A stretch of 64,000 bases of DNA, from contig JBDTVZ010000001.1 of NCBI GenBank assembly GCA_040006935.1, positions 423,772 to 487,771 on the forward strand, given 5' to 3'. The stretch comes from Candidatus Dojkabacteria bacterium. Lineage in GTDB: Bacteria > Patescibacteriota > Dojkabacteria > J137. The notes beneath the pieces were generated by a model. That model was not told the origin of the DNA and made no database searches. It saw nothing but the letters and a program-made list of their open reading frames with translations. Numbering within the stretch: the stretch's first letter is position 1; every line of letters starts with the position of its first letter. Positions 9,161 through 18,112 of the stretch are shown here, one piece after another. Position numbers and translations under genes: made by a program.

Positions 9161-9735
9161 TGTAATTTATTAATGTTAAATGCAACTACAATAGATAGTT
9201 TTGATGAATCATTTGAATCTATACTAATACTTCTTACAAATATATCTTTTACATTTGGTGTAGCTAATAGTAATTGATACAAATCACTAATTTTAGAAAA
9301 GTCCGAAATTGTTAATGTTAGTACAAATTCTCCAGTGATTTCCCTTTTGTAAGTAACTACATTTACATTTCCATTGTAAGTAGATTCTATTTTATCAGCG
9401 ATATCAATTAAATCTGTCAGTTTAATATCTTTCGCTAATAGTGGGTCGAGTGCTCTAGATTTAATAAAAAGTTCACCATTTTTTTGTTTGATTTCGTTGT
9501 AAGTTGAAATTTGGGAATTAAGAGTTCCTATTACAGTTTTAGTATTTGCAAGGGAGGGTTGAACAAGCACAACATCCAACATTGTAAGTGCAAAATAAAC
9601 AAATGCACCAAAAAATATTAATAAAACAGAGTATAAGATTGTATTATCTCTTTCTTCTAACTGTTTAATTTCCTCCTTAGTTTTAGGTGGAATTAAGTTA
9701 AATTTAAATATTTTTGTTTTATATTCTGAATTCAT
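9157..9735 (-). CDS. pilN: type IV pilus assembly protein PilN-like
   Basis: 192 aa bitopic protein immediately downstream of pilM. Confidence 0.45.
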   Translation of the reverse strand: MNSEYKTKIFKFNLIPPKTKEEIKQLEERDNTILYSVLLIFFGAFVYFALTMLDVVLVQPSLANTKTVIGTLNSQISTYNEIKQKNGELFIKSRALDPLLAKDIKLTDLIDIADKIESTYNGNVNVVTYKREITGEFVLTLTISDFSKISDLYQLLLATPNVKDIFVRSISIDSNDSSKLSIVVAFNINKLQ

Positions 9736-9737
9736 AT

Positions 9738-10802
9738 TTATTGATCGGACAAACCTTTAAGTGCTAATCCAAGTGCAACATTAAAGCTTCTTATATTTAC
9801 TGCTTTTAGCTTATCAGCCACAGCACCATCAACTTCAATATTTTGTAATGGATCTACAAGAGTTGTGTTTATATTTGTTTTAGTTTTCATATATTCATCA
9901 AGTTTAGGTAGAGCAGAGCCACCACCAGTTAAGAAAATATTCTTGATAGGTTCTCCTCCTATTTTTTCCTGATAGTAAGTTAATGTTCTTCCAACTTCGC
10001 TGACTAAAATCTGCACAATTGGTTCAATTGATTTAGCAATTTTTCCTTCGTCTGCATTAAAATCTAATCCATATGTAACTTTATATTTTTCTGCTTGCAT
10101 TGGATCTAGTCCGAAATCGGAAGATATTATTTTTGTGACTGCATTTGAACCCGTTCCAACTGATTGAGAAAATATTACTCCAGAATTTCGAGAGAGAAGA
10201 ATATTAGTATTTTCTGCTCCAAAATCTACAATCATAAAAGTTTCAGTTGGAGGTAAGGAGTAACCATGCGCTACTAATCTTGCGATTGCTAAAGATTCAG
10301 TTTCTATTGCAAGTAAATTTATTCCTGCTTTGGACATTATGTCCTGATATCTTGTTATTAAAGTTTTTGGAGCAGCAACAACATACCAATTCACAAAAGT
10401 ATTTCCTTCGACACTTTTCTCATCTACATCCAGAAAAGAAACATTTACACTTTCTAAGGGAACAGGTACTAATGATTTCAAAGAAAAATTAATTGCTTCT
10501 TCTACCTCCTCATCTTTTACCTTTGGTAGAGATAAAAGTCTTGAATAAACTGCAACTTCTGGAACAGACATTACACAATTTTTAGTACCAATATTTGAAG
10601 CCTTAATAGCTTTTAAAACCTCTTCCGAAAGTTTCTGGGATCCTTGTTCAGAATCATTGTCTAACATTCCAATAGCCGTAGGCTGTGAACTTAATGTTTC
10701 TAATTTCACTTTTGTTCCATTGTATTTAAGTTGTGCTACCTTTAAAGAATGATGTCCTAAATTCAGACCAAAAAATGGAGGTATATCAGGCATAATAAAC
10801 AA
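9738..10802 (-). CDS. pilM: type IV pilus assembly ATPase-fold protein PilM (actin-like)
   Basis: 354 aa; actin/FtsA-like fold motifs (VDFGAENTNI, FLTGGGSALP); starts with TTG at 10802 or ATG at 10793. Confidence 0.7.
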   Translation of the reverse strand: MFIMPDIPPFFGLNLGHHSLKVAQLKYNGTKVKLETLSSQPTAIGMLDNDSEQGSQKLSEEVLKAIKASNIGTKNCVMSVPEVAVYSRLLSLPKVKDEEVEEAINFSLKSLVPVPLESVNVSFLDVDEKSVEGNTFVNWYVVAAPKTLITRYQDIMSKAGINLLAIETESLAIARLVAHGYSLPPTETFMIVDFGAENTNILLSRNSGVIFSQSVGTGSNAVTKIISSDFGLDPMQAEKYKVTYGLDFNADEGKIAKSIEPIVQILVSEVGRTLTYYQEKIGGEPIKNIFLTGGGSALPKLDEYMKTKTNINTTLVDPLQNIEVDGAVADKLKAVNIRSFNVALGLALKGLSDQ

Positions 10803-10814
10803 ATTTAAAAACTA

Positions 10815-11732
10815 TCAATATGAATTTATTGCACTATTAGAAATTAAAGCATAATCAAATGCACTATCCATTTGTGGAGCTAAAGGAATTTGTGTAATAA
10901 CTTTAGCTAAAGGAGAAGTGTTATCATTTGTATCTATGCTTGTGGAAACGAATTCTCTTATTTGATAAGGGAAGCTTGCTGCATTTTGTGCAACTACATT
11001 GAATTTTACACTTCCATTTACCTGAGTCATCCTTGGTGTCAATGAAATATATAAAACATTATCCGATGCAGCAAGTCCATTAACACCAGCCGGTGTTAAT
11101 GTAATTCTTGTTGTTGTGGGTTTATTTGATGGATCTGAAACTTGGAAATTTATTGAATGAACTGCATTTGGTTGATTGTATGGATTGTCTCCAGCTAAAC
11201 CAGTATAAATTCCAGCTAAATCATAAACATCTTTAATAACTCTTAAATTTCTAGATGCATCCTGCACAACCAAGGTGAATTCTATTGCTGCAGTTTTATC
11301 CCAACTTACATCGACACTTGCTGCGTAGCCTGTAGAATTTAGAACAAAAGACTTATCTTTTAATACTTCAAAGTTTTGAACATCTTTTCTATTATTAATA
11401 TCAACATCTGTTTTAAAGTTTGTACTTCCTAAGCTTGAGTCCTGAACGGTACATTTATAACTAACTCCTGCTTGTAAAGCCTGGCATTCGGAAAAAGTTT
11501 GTGGGAGTGTATCTAATGGTTTGTCATATTTACCAAAATTATCAATAATTTTTCGAACTTGGGTTTCGGATGCGTTATAAAGTTTTTCGTACTTTTCGGA
11601 AGTTGCAACTTGTGTTACATCTCGATTAGATAAAGTTACTAAACCGACTACAACAATTCCAATGATTGTTAAAACCAATAGAGTAATTAATAATACTTGG
11701 CCATCTTTTGTTTTTACTTGTTTATATCCCAT
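10815..11732 (-). CDS. minor pilin / PilX-like protein
   Basis: 305 aa; N-terminal hydrophobic helix (LLITLLVLTIIGIVVVGLVTL); sits within the pilin gene block. Confidence 0.4.
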   Translation of the reverse strand: MGYKQVKTKDGQVLLITLLVLTIIGIVVVGLVTLSNRDVTQVATSEKYEKLYNASETQVRKIIDNFGKYDKPLDTLPQTFSECQALQAGVSYKCTVQDSSLGSTNFKTDVDINNRKDVQNFEVLKDKSFVLNSTGYAASVDVSWDKTAAIEFTLVVQDASRNLRVIKDVYDLAGIYTGLAGDNPYNQPNAVHSINFQVSDPSNKPTTTRITLTPAGVNGLAASDNVLYISLTPRMTQVNGSVKFNVVAQNAASFPYQIREFVSTSIDTNDNTSPLAKVITQIPLAPQMDSAFDYALISNSAINSY

Positions 11733-11740
11733 AAACTTGT

Positions 11741-12274
11741 TTATAGCTCATAATTTCTTGTTGATACGGATGTTTGCTTTAGGACATTATTAACATTGAA
11801 ATTTAAATTTGTGTGCGCACCTACTAATGTAATTAAAATATTTTGTCTCGATTTATTTGTTGGATCCGAAAAACCCATATCAAAACTAACGGTAGTAAAT
11901 TTAATACTTGCGCTGCTCATATAAACGTTTACATTTCCTGTACTTAAAACATGATCCTTACACATTCTATCACCACACTTTGTCCATTGGTATTTTTCTC
12001 CATCGAGAATAAGTTCGCATACAACAGTAGAGGAAGGACCACCACAATTTGTAATTGTATCTGAATTTCGAATATCCCTTGAGATGAGTGAAGATACATT
12101 GGAAACTTCCTCTCTAACAACGCTTCGTGCAAGAATTTTAAAAGTTATTTGAAGTGAGAGTATAAGTACACTAAAGAGCATAGTCATTACAACACCCATT
12201 ATTCCTAAGCTAACTACAATTTCTACAAGAGAATATGCTTTTAATTTTTTTTTAGATTTTCTTAAACGAATCAT
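11741..12274 (-). CDS. prepilin-type minor pilin
   Basis: 177 aa; AYSLVEIVVSLGIMGVVM class III signal-like N-terminus. Confidence 0.5.
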   Translation of the reverse strand: MIRLRKSKKKLKAYSLVEIVVSLGIMGVVMTMLFSVLILSLQITFKILARSVVREEVSNVSSLISRDIRNSDTITNCGGPSSTVVCELILDGEKYQWTKCGDRMCKDHVLSTGNVNVYMSSASIKFTTVSFDMGFSDPTNKSRQNILITLVGAHTNLNFNVNNVLKQTSVSTRNYEL

Positions 12275-12818
12275 ATCGATTGCTTTTGAAAGTAACTGTT
12301 ACTGGGTGATTATCAGAATTATAAATTGCAACTACTGTCATTTCGAAATAACTTTGCACACCATTTGTTACAACACTAGTTGCGATAGGAAGAATTTTTA
12401 CTTGTACACAAACATCAGGGAGAGTAAATCCAGTATTGGTTTGTGTTTCTGGTGCTCCTGCAGCATTCAATGTTGTCGAACTAATTTTGTATTGGCTATT
12501 TGCATCACAAGTAGTTATTTGTTGATCTAAAGTTTTTTCCAGATACGAGCCGTTAGTATTTTTAGTCAATTTAAAAAAAACAGGACTTGTTTGCTGATTA
12601 GTTGCAAAAGTATCATCAGACACAAATACATTTGAAGGAGACTTTACAATTTCCATCGCATTCACTGCCAATCCATTTACATAATCTTCAGTTTGATTTT
12701 GCCTAACTACAACAAAGGAATTTGAAACCAAAAGCATAGAGCCCAATATTGTTGAGGAAATAATTCCCAACACAACTAGAACTTCTACTAAACTTGATGC
12801 TTTTAGATTCCTTTTCAT
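12252..12818 (-). CDS. prepilin-type minor pilin
   Basis: 188 aa; ASSLVEVLVVLGIISS prepilin-like N-terminus. Confidence 0.5.
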   Translation of the reverse strand: MKRNLKASSLVEVLVVLGIISSTILGSMLLVSNSFVVVRQNQTEDYVNGLAVNAMEIVKSPSNVFVSDDTFATNQQTSPVFFKLTKNTNGSYLEKTLDQQITTCDANSQYKISSTTLNAAGAPETQTNTGFTLPDVCVQVKILPIATSVVTNGVQSYFEMTVVAIYNSDNHPVTVTFKSNRYDSFKKI

Positions 12819-13334
12819 TTAATTACTAGTAATATTATTACTTGTTAAGTCTATGCTAATTTGTTTAAAATTGCCAGTAGCAGTATGAGAAATTTTAATC
12901 GTGCAAGTTCCGGAAGAATTCACAACTCCGTTAGAATCCACAGTTACAATATCACCTGTTAATCTTGAGAAACCAATAGTATTGCAATTAACACTTGGCT
13001 GTATTGTTGAATGTAAAACCTCAATAGCTTTTGCATTCGCTGTATCGTCTACGCAAGTGACTCTAGATGCTCCTTTTATACATGTTTGGAAAGCGTAAGT
13101 TGTATTTCTAAAAGCAACAGTTACATAATCCTGGGCAACATTTGGAGAGCCAGGTTTTGTTGCTGAATTTCTGGATCTATTCTGTGCTACTTGTAGCGCC
13201 GAAGCAACATCTGAAAATGCATTTTGTAATTCAATTGTAGAACGTACTTGTGTAAGAGCATAAGTACTAAATCCCAATAAGACAGCCATTATACCCATGG
13301 CGATAATTGCTTCTAACAATGTAAATGCTTTCAT
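12819..13334 (-). CDS. prepilin-type minor pilin
   Basis: 171 aa; KAFTLLEAIIAMGIMAVLL prepilin N-terminus. Confidence 0.55.
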   Translation of the reverse strand: MKAFTLLEAIIAMGIMAVLLGFSTYALTQVRSTIELQNAFSDVASALQVAQNRSRNSATKPGSPNVAQDYVTVAFRNTTYAFQTCIKGASRVTCVDDTANAKAIEVLHSTIQPSVNCNTIGFSRLTGDIVTVDSNGVVNSSGTCTIKISHTATGNFKQISIDLTSNNITSN

Positions 13335-13335
13335 T

Positions 13336-14127
13336 TTAGTAATTTAAAGTTATAAAATTAAGTAACTGAGTTCCAATTGCTAATGTAAAAACAAAACCCA
13401 AAAGTATTAAAGGTACGAACGGGATTAAAACTCCTTTAAATTTTCTGACTAATAGAGAATACGATATTCCAACCAAACTTCCAAGAACACAAGTTAGAAA
13501 GAATGAAATGAGCCCGAAAGTTATACCTAAAGTATATCCAATTATCATCATTATATAGATATCTCCTTCACCAATAGCCTTTTCGTGGCTTGATTTATGA
13601 ATAATAAAAATTATTCCTCCTAAAATAAATCCTGCAATAATATTTTGTATGGTTCCTAGAGTTATAAATGGAAAAGGAATTGAGCCATCAATTCGGAAAG
13701 ATATAAATTTATAAAGACCGAATAATAGATTTATAATTACAATCACTAGCAAAATCACTTTAAGAAAATTTTCTGGAATACTTAGATGAATAATGTCGTA
13801 AACAGATAAGTAGAGTAGTGAAGTGTAAATAAAGATATAAAGGACAATCAGTATAAATTTTTCCGTTATTGAGATTTCGTTACTTAATAAAACTATATTA
13901 AGACCGAAGCTAAGAACAAATCCAAAAAAGATAGAAGATAGTTCTGTAATTCCAATTGTTGCATTACTAAATTTTAAACCAGCTTTCTGTTTTGAGAATC
14001 GATATAAAAAAGGAATTAGAATGAAATCTAAATTCTTATTTATTTTCTTATTTTCGATATGAATAAGAAAAAATTTAGATAGAGTGCTGGATAAATATGC
14101 TAAGAGAATAATTAAAATTATTATCAC
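13336..14127 (-). CDS. pilD: prepilin peptidase (A24 family), no N-terminal Zn domain
   Basis: 263 aa polytopic membrane protein with IGEGDIYIMMIIGYTLG block resembling the A24 catalytic Asp region; GTG start. Confidence 0.55.
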   Translation of the reverse strand: MIIILIILLAYLSSTLSKFFLIHIENKKINKNLDFILIPFLYRFSKQKAGLKFSNATIGITELSSIFFGFVLSFGLNIVLLSNEISITEKFILIVLYIFIYTSLLYLSVYDIIHLSIPENFLKVILLVIVIINLLFGLYKFISFRIDGSIPFPFITLGTIQNIIAGFILGGIIFIIHKSSHEKAIGEGDIYIMMIIGYTLGITFGLISFFLTCVLGSLVGISYSLLVRKFKGVLIPFVPLILLGFVFTLAIGTQLLNFITLNY

Positions 14128-14151
14128 TTCCTTCTTTATAAAAATTTAAAT

Positions 14152-14574
14152 TTAGAACCAGGAAGTAACAGGAGGACATTGCGAAGTACCCGAACCTTTT
14201 ACGCTACCTGACTCTAATAAAACGCAAAGTACAAAATCAGAATTTGAATTTACATTATAAAAGTACCTTGTTCCATTATTCGTTGAAGAACTAGCTGGAG
14301 AAAGAAATCCTTTTAAAGCGTAATTTTTAAATCCAACAATACTAACTTGACCTTGTCCAAAAACGACATTTGCTTTAGTAGGAAAACTTAAATTAGCTTT
14401 TCTATAATCATTTAAAATATTTGTAATTGCAGAAATTGAATTATTTCGCTCAACGTCACGTGAGTTTTTTTGAACTATTCCAATTCCAACAATTCCCAAA
14501 ATGATAAAGATGGCGGTAACCGCCATCCCTATCATTAGTTCTATTAATGTAAAGCCTTTTTTGTTCCTTCTCAT
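14152..14574 (-). CDS. type IV pilin
   Basis: 140 aa; KKGFTLIELMIGMAVTAIFI class III prepilin signal. Confidence 0.65.
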   Translation of the reverse strand: MRRNKKGFTLIELMIGMAVTAIFIILGIVGIGIVQKNSRDVERNNSISAITNILNDYRKANLSFPTKANVVFGQGQVSIVGFKNYALKGFLSPASSSTNNGTRYFYNVNSNSDFVLCVLLESGSVKGSGTSQCPPVTSWF

Positions 14575-14587
14575 TAATAAAATTTAA

Positions 14588-15022
14588 TTATTGTGGTGTT
14601 ACAGCTGTTGTGCAAGCAACGCCAGAATTACCTAATTGAATATCCCAACTTCCACCTTCGATTTTTGCACCAAAGCTATAACTTCCTCCATTAGAAGAGA
14701 AGCAATATTGTGTGTGTGAATCATCTGTAGTTGTAAGACTTGCTATCATTGGACCTTTTAAATCTACTATTTTACTTCCATTTATTGCTATTTGGTTTGT
14801 ACTAAATACAACTCCTCCGGATCCCGCAGATGGAAATACACCGAAGTTACTAAAGTATGTATTTATAGCTAGGTTTACAGAGTTAACAGTATCTCTTCTT
14901 TGAGTATTTCTCAAAGATTGTTGTACGATACTAATTCCTAAAATAGACATAGTCATAAGAACTCCGATAATACCCATTGCAACCATAAGCTCAATAAGTG
15001 TGAATGCTTTCTTTTGCTGCAT
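14588..15022 (-). CDS. type IV pilin (major pilin candidate)
   Basis: 144 aa; QQKKAFTLIELMVAMGIIGVLM prepilin signal; first pilin after pilC. Confidence 0.65.
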   Translation of the reverse strand: MQQKKAFTLIELMVAMGIIGVLMTMSILGISIVQQSLRNTQRRDTVNSVNLAINTYFSNFGVFPSAGSGGVVFSTNQIAINGSKIVDLKGPMIASLTTTDDSHTQYCFSSNGGSYSFGAKIEGGSWDIQLGNSGVACTTAVTPQ

Positions 15023-15046
15023 ATTACTTAATGTATAAAAAATAAA

Positions 15047-16279
15047 TTATTTATTAACAATCTGTCCAACTTGATAAATTGGAAGATAAATCGCTATTGC
15101 CATAAATCCAACTAAAACACCTACTATTACCAAGATAAAAGGCTCTATAAGTTTTGTCAAGTTTCCTGCAATTTGGTCAACTTCACTCTCATAAAAAGCT
15201 CCGAGATCTTTTAGTACTACGTCTACACTTCCAGCCTCTTCACCTGTTGCTATCATCCTTATAATTATTAATGGGAATGCATCCTTAGTATTATACTTAG
15301 CGATTGATAATGCAAGAGAGGAGCCTTTTGCTAAATCTTCTTTTGTTCCTACCAAAATATCTTTAAATACTGCATTACTTGTAGCTCTTGAGACGATATC
15401 CACAGCTTCTATAATTGGAATTCCGCTCACCATAAGCATGGATAAAATTCTGCAAAATTCTACAATTTCTATTTTTCTAATTAAATTTCCAAAAACAGGA
15501 ACTTTTAATTTGAACGAATCAAATTGCCTTCTTCCTGCAGGAGTTCCCACATAATATCTAAATAAAAGGACTATAGAGACAATAATTATTATTGCAACAA
15601 TTAAACTTGGTATGTTGGAAAAAATATCTCCAATTGCCACAAGAACTTGAGTCACAAAAGGTAACTCTGTTTCTCCTAAACTTAAGTAAAGCTGTTTTAC
15701 TTGAGGAACCATGAATACAATCATTAGAACTAACACAGCAATCATTACAACTAATATAATTGCCGGGTAAATTAAAGCACCAGAAATTTTTCCTCGAAGA
15801 TTTTTAGACTTTTCTAAATCATCTGCAATTTTTAATAATATTTCGTTTAAATTACCACTCTTTTCCCCAGCCGCCATTAAGTTAGATTGGATTTCATTTA
15901 AAATCCCACCTTCTTTTTTAAATGCATCGGATAGAGCAGTTCCAGCTTCAATTGCTTTGTAAATTCTTGTTAATTTCTCTTTTACAGAATCCTTATCTGC
16001 TTGTTGAACAAGAATATCTATCGCTTGAATAATTGGAATTCCAGCTGTAACCATTGTAGACAATTGCCTAATTAACACTACTTTCTCATCAAGGCTCATT
16101 CCTCCAATTTCTATATTTAAAAGTCTTTTAAAATTTACTCCAACACTTTCTTGAATAATTACAGGAACCATTCCTTGAGAAGTTATAAACTCCTGGACCT
16201 CATTCTGGCTCTCGGCACTTTTTATACCTTCCATTCTTTGTCCAGTATTTGTTACTGCTATGTATTTGTAGTCTGTCAT
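15047..16279 (-). CDS. pilC: type IV pilus platform protein PilC (GspF family)
   Basis: 410 aa; duplicated GspF-type domains with three TM segments. Confidence 0.8.
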   Translation of the reverse strand: MTDYKYIAVTNTGQRMEGIKSAESQNEVQEFITSQGMVPVIIQESVGVNFKRLLNIEIGGMSLDEKVVLIRQLSTMVTAGIPIIQAIDILVQQADKDSVKEKLTRIYKAIEAGTALSDAFKKEGGILNEIQSNLMAAGEKSGNLNEILLKIADDLEKSKNLRGKISGALIYPAIILVVMIAVLVLMIVFMVPQVKQLYLSLGETELPFVTQVLVAIGDIFSNIPSLIVAIIIIVSIVLLFRYYVGTPAGRRQFDSFKLKVPVFGNLIRKIEIVEFCRILSMLMVSGIPIIEAVDIVSRATSNAVFKDILVGTKEDLAKGSSLALSIAKYNTKDAFPLIIIRMIATGEEAGSVDVVLKDLGAFYESEVDQIAGNLTKLIEPFILVIVGVLVGFMAIAIYLPIYQVGQIVNK

Positions 16280-16286
16280 TTTTTAA

Positions 16287-17993
16287 TTAGCCTCTGTTTA
16301 ATAAAATATCAAAATCATTGGGTCTATTTGCAATAATTTTAGCTGCTTCTGCAGAAACTTTTCCTTCTTTAACTAATTTAACAAGTGACTTTTCCATTGA
16401 AATCATACCTAGATCAAAACCAGTCTGTATAATATTGTCTAATTGGATACCTTTACTTTCTCTTATTGTATTTTTTACAGCAGATGTTCCTATTAAAATT
16501 TCTAGAGACGCAACTCTAGAATTATTTAACGTTTTGACAAGTCTTTGTGATATTACTGCTTGTAGAACTGATGCTAATTGGACTTTAACTTGTTCTTGCT
16601 TTTCTGCGGGGAACATATCAATAATTCTATCAACTGTTTGTGATGCACTATTTGTGTGTAAAGTTGCGAAAACTAAGTGACCCGTTTCTGCAATTCTTAA
16701 TGCAGCTTCAACAGTTTCTAAGTCCCTCATTTCTCCTACAAGCACAATGTTAGGATCTTGTCTTAAAATTGCTCTAAGCGCATTTCCCCAAGATGTAAAG
16801 TCTTGCCCTGATTCTCTTTGATCCACCATGCTTAAAGATTTCGGAAATACATATTCAATTGGGTCTTCTAATGTAATTATATGTTTACTATCTGTAGTAT
16901 TTATGAGGTTAATGATAGACGCAATTGTAGTTGATTTTCCACTTCCTGTTGGACCTGTAACTAAAACCAATCCATTTGGATATTTAGAAAATTCTTTCAT
17001 AATTGGTGGCAAATCCAATTCTTCGAGAGTTGGAATTTTTTCCGAAATAACTCTAGCAGCAATAGCCAAAGTATTACTCTCTCTAAAAATATTAATTCTA
17101 AATCTTCTACTGCCCAGACTGTAGGTCATATCGTATTCATTAATGTCTTCAAGTTTAGTTTCTTTTCTACCTTTTAATAAATCCATAACATAGCCTTCCG
17201 AATCTGCTTGTGTAACAAGTGGTGATTGAATAGTTTTAAGTTCACCATTAACTCTAATCATTACTCTATAGCCTACAGAAATATGTACATCGGATGCATT
17301 TTGTTTCATAGCTTCTTCAAGAAAATCCTTCAAAACATATGTCTTATTCACTAGGTCACCACCTGGTGGAGGAAGAACTCCTGGTGTAGTGGACTGTGTA
17401 TTATTTATTTTATTTAATTTCTCATCAAGTTTATTGGAAGGGTCAATCATTGGCTGAGCTGCTGCCGTATTTTCTACAGGTTTAATTTCTCTTGCACCAT
17501 TGGCGGAAGTCATACTCACATTACTATTAAGTATTAAATCACTTGCTCCAGATCCCACTAAACTTTCGGACTCACTACTATTAAATTGAACATTATTTCC
17601 GACTGTTGGAGCGGGAACGCTTGCTTGAGGACTAGTACCAACTGCCTGTTTTACCTGATCTAAAATAGATCCCATAGATGTCTGAGTAGGCACGACCGGG
17701 CTTTCAGGAAGTGTTTTTGTAATATTATTAATTTCTTTAGTCAAATTATTAAGATCTGCTTTCTCATTCACAATTTGCTCAGTTGGAGTTTTGCTCATTT
17801 GGATGTTGGTATCAGGCGATGTCCGAATTTCTGGCTGACCGATCTCTTGAGCTTGTGGAATTACTGAGCTTACAGATCCTTTTAGTGGAGGAAGGGCAGC
17901 TGGCGTAATTGTTGTAGTTGTAACAGTGGTTTGAGTAGGCACCGCACCATCTCCAGCTTGATTATTTCTATTTGCTATATTTATTAATGGCAC
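16287..17993 (-). CDS. pilT: PilT-type retraction ATPase with ~210-aa disordered N-terminal extension
   Basis: Walker A GPTGSGKST, AETGHLVFATLHTNSA PilT/PilU signature; the N-terminal third is P/T/S/N-rich low complexity; GTG start. Confidence 0.8.
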   Translation of the reverse strand: MPLINIANRNNQAGDGAVPTQTTVTTTTITPAALPPLKGSVSSVIPQAQEIGQPEIRTSPDTNIQMSKTPTEQIVNEKADLNNLTKEINNITKTLPESPVVPTQTSMGSILDQVKQAVGTSPQASVPAPTVGNNVQFNSSESESLVGSGASDLILNSNVSMTSANGAREIKPVENTAAAQPMIDPSNKLDEKLNKINNTQSTTPGVLPPPGGDLVNKTYVLKDFLEEAMKQNASDVHISVGYRVMIRVNGELKTIQSPLVTQADSEGYVMDLLKGRKETKLEDINEYDMTYSLGSRRFRINIFRESNTLAIAARVISEKIPTLEELDLPPIMKEFSKYPNGLVLVTGPTGSGKSTTIASIINLINTTDSKHIITLEDPIEYVFPKSLSMVDQRESGQDFTSWGNALRAILRQDPNIVLVGEMRDLETVEAALRIAETGHLVFATLHTNSASQTVDRIIDMFPAEKQEQVKVQLASVLQAVISQRLVKTLNNSRVASLEILIGTSAVKNTIRESKGIQLDNIIQTGFDLGMISMEKSLVKLVKEGKVSAEAAKIIANRPNDFDILLNRG

Positions 17994-18112
17994 TATATTA
18001 AATTAAGAATTAACAATTATAAATTATGAGAAGAATTACGATTTATGAATTACTTTCCTAAATCATTTATTCTGGAATTCTCTTTTAATTTTTAATTGTT
18101 AACTTTTAATTG

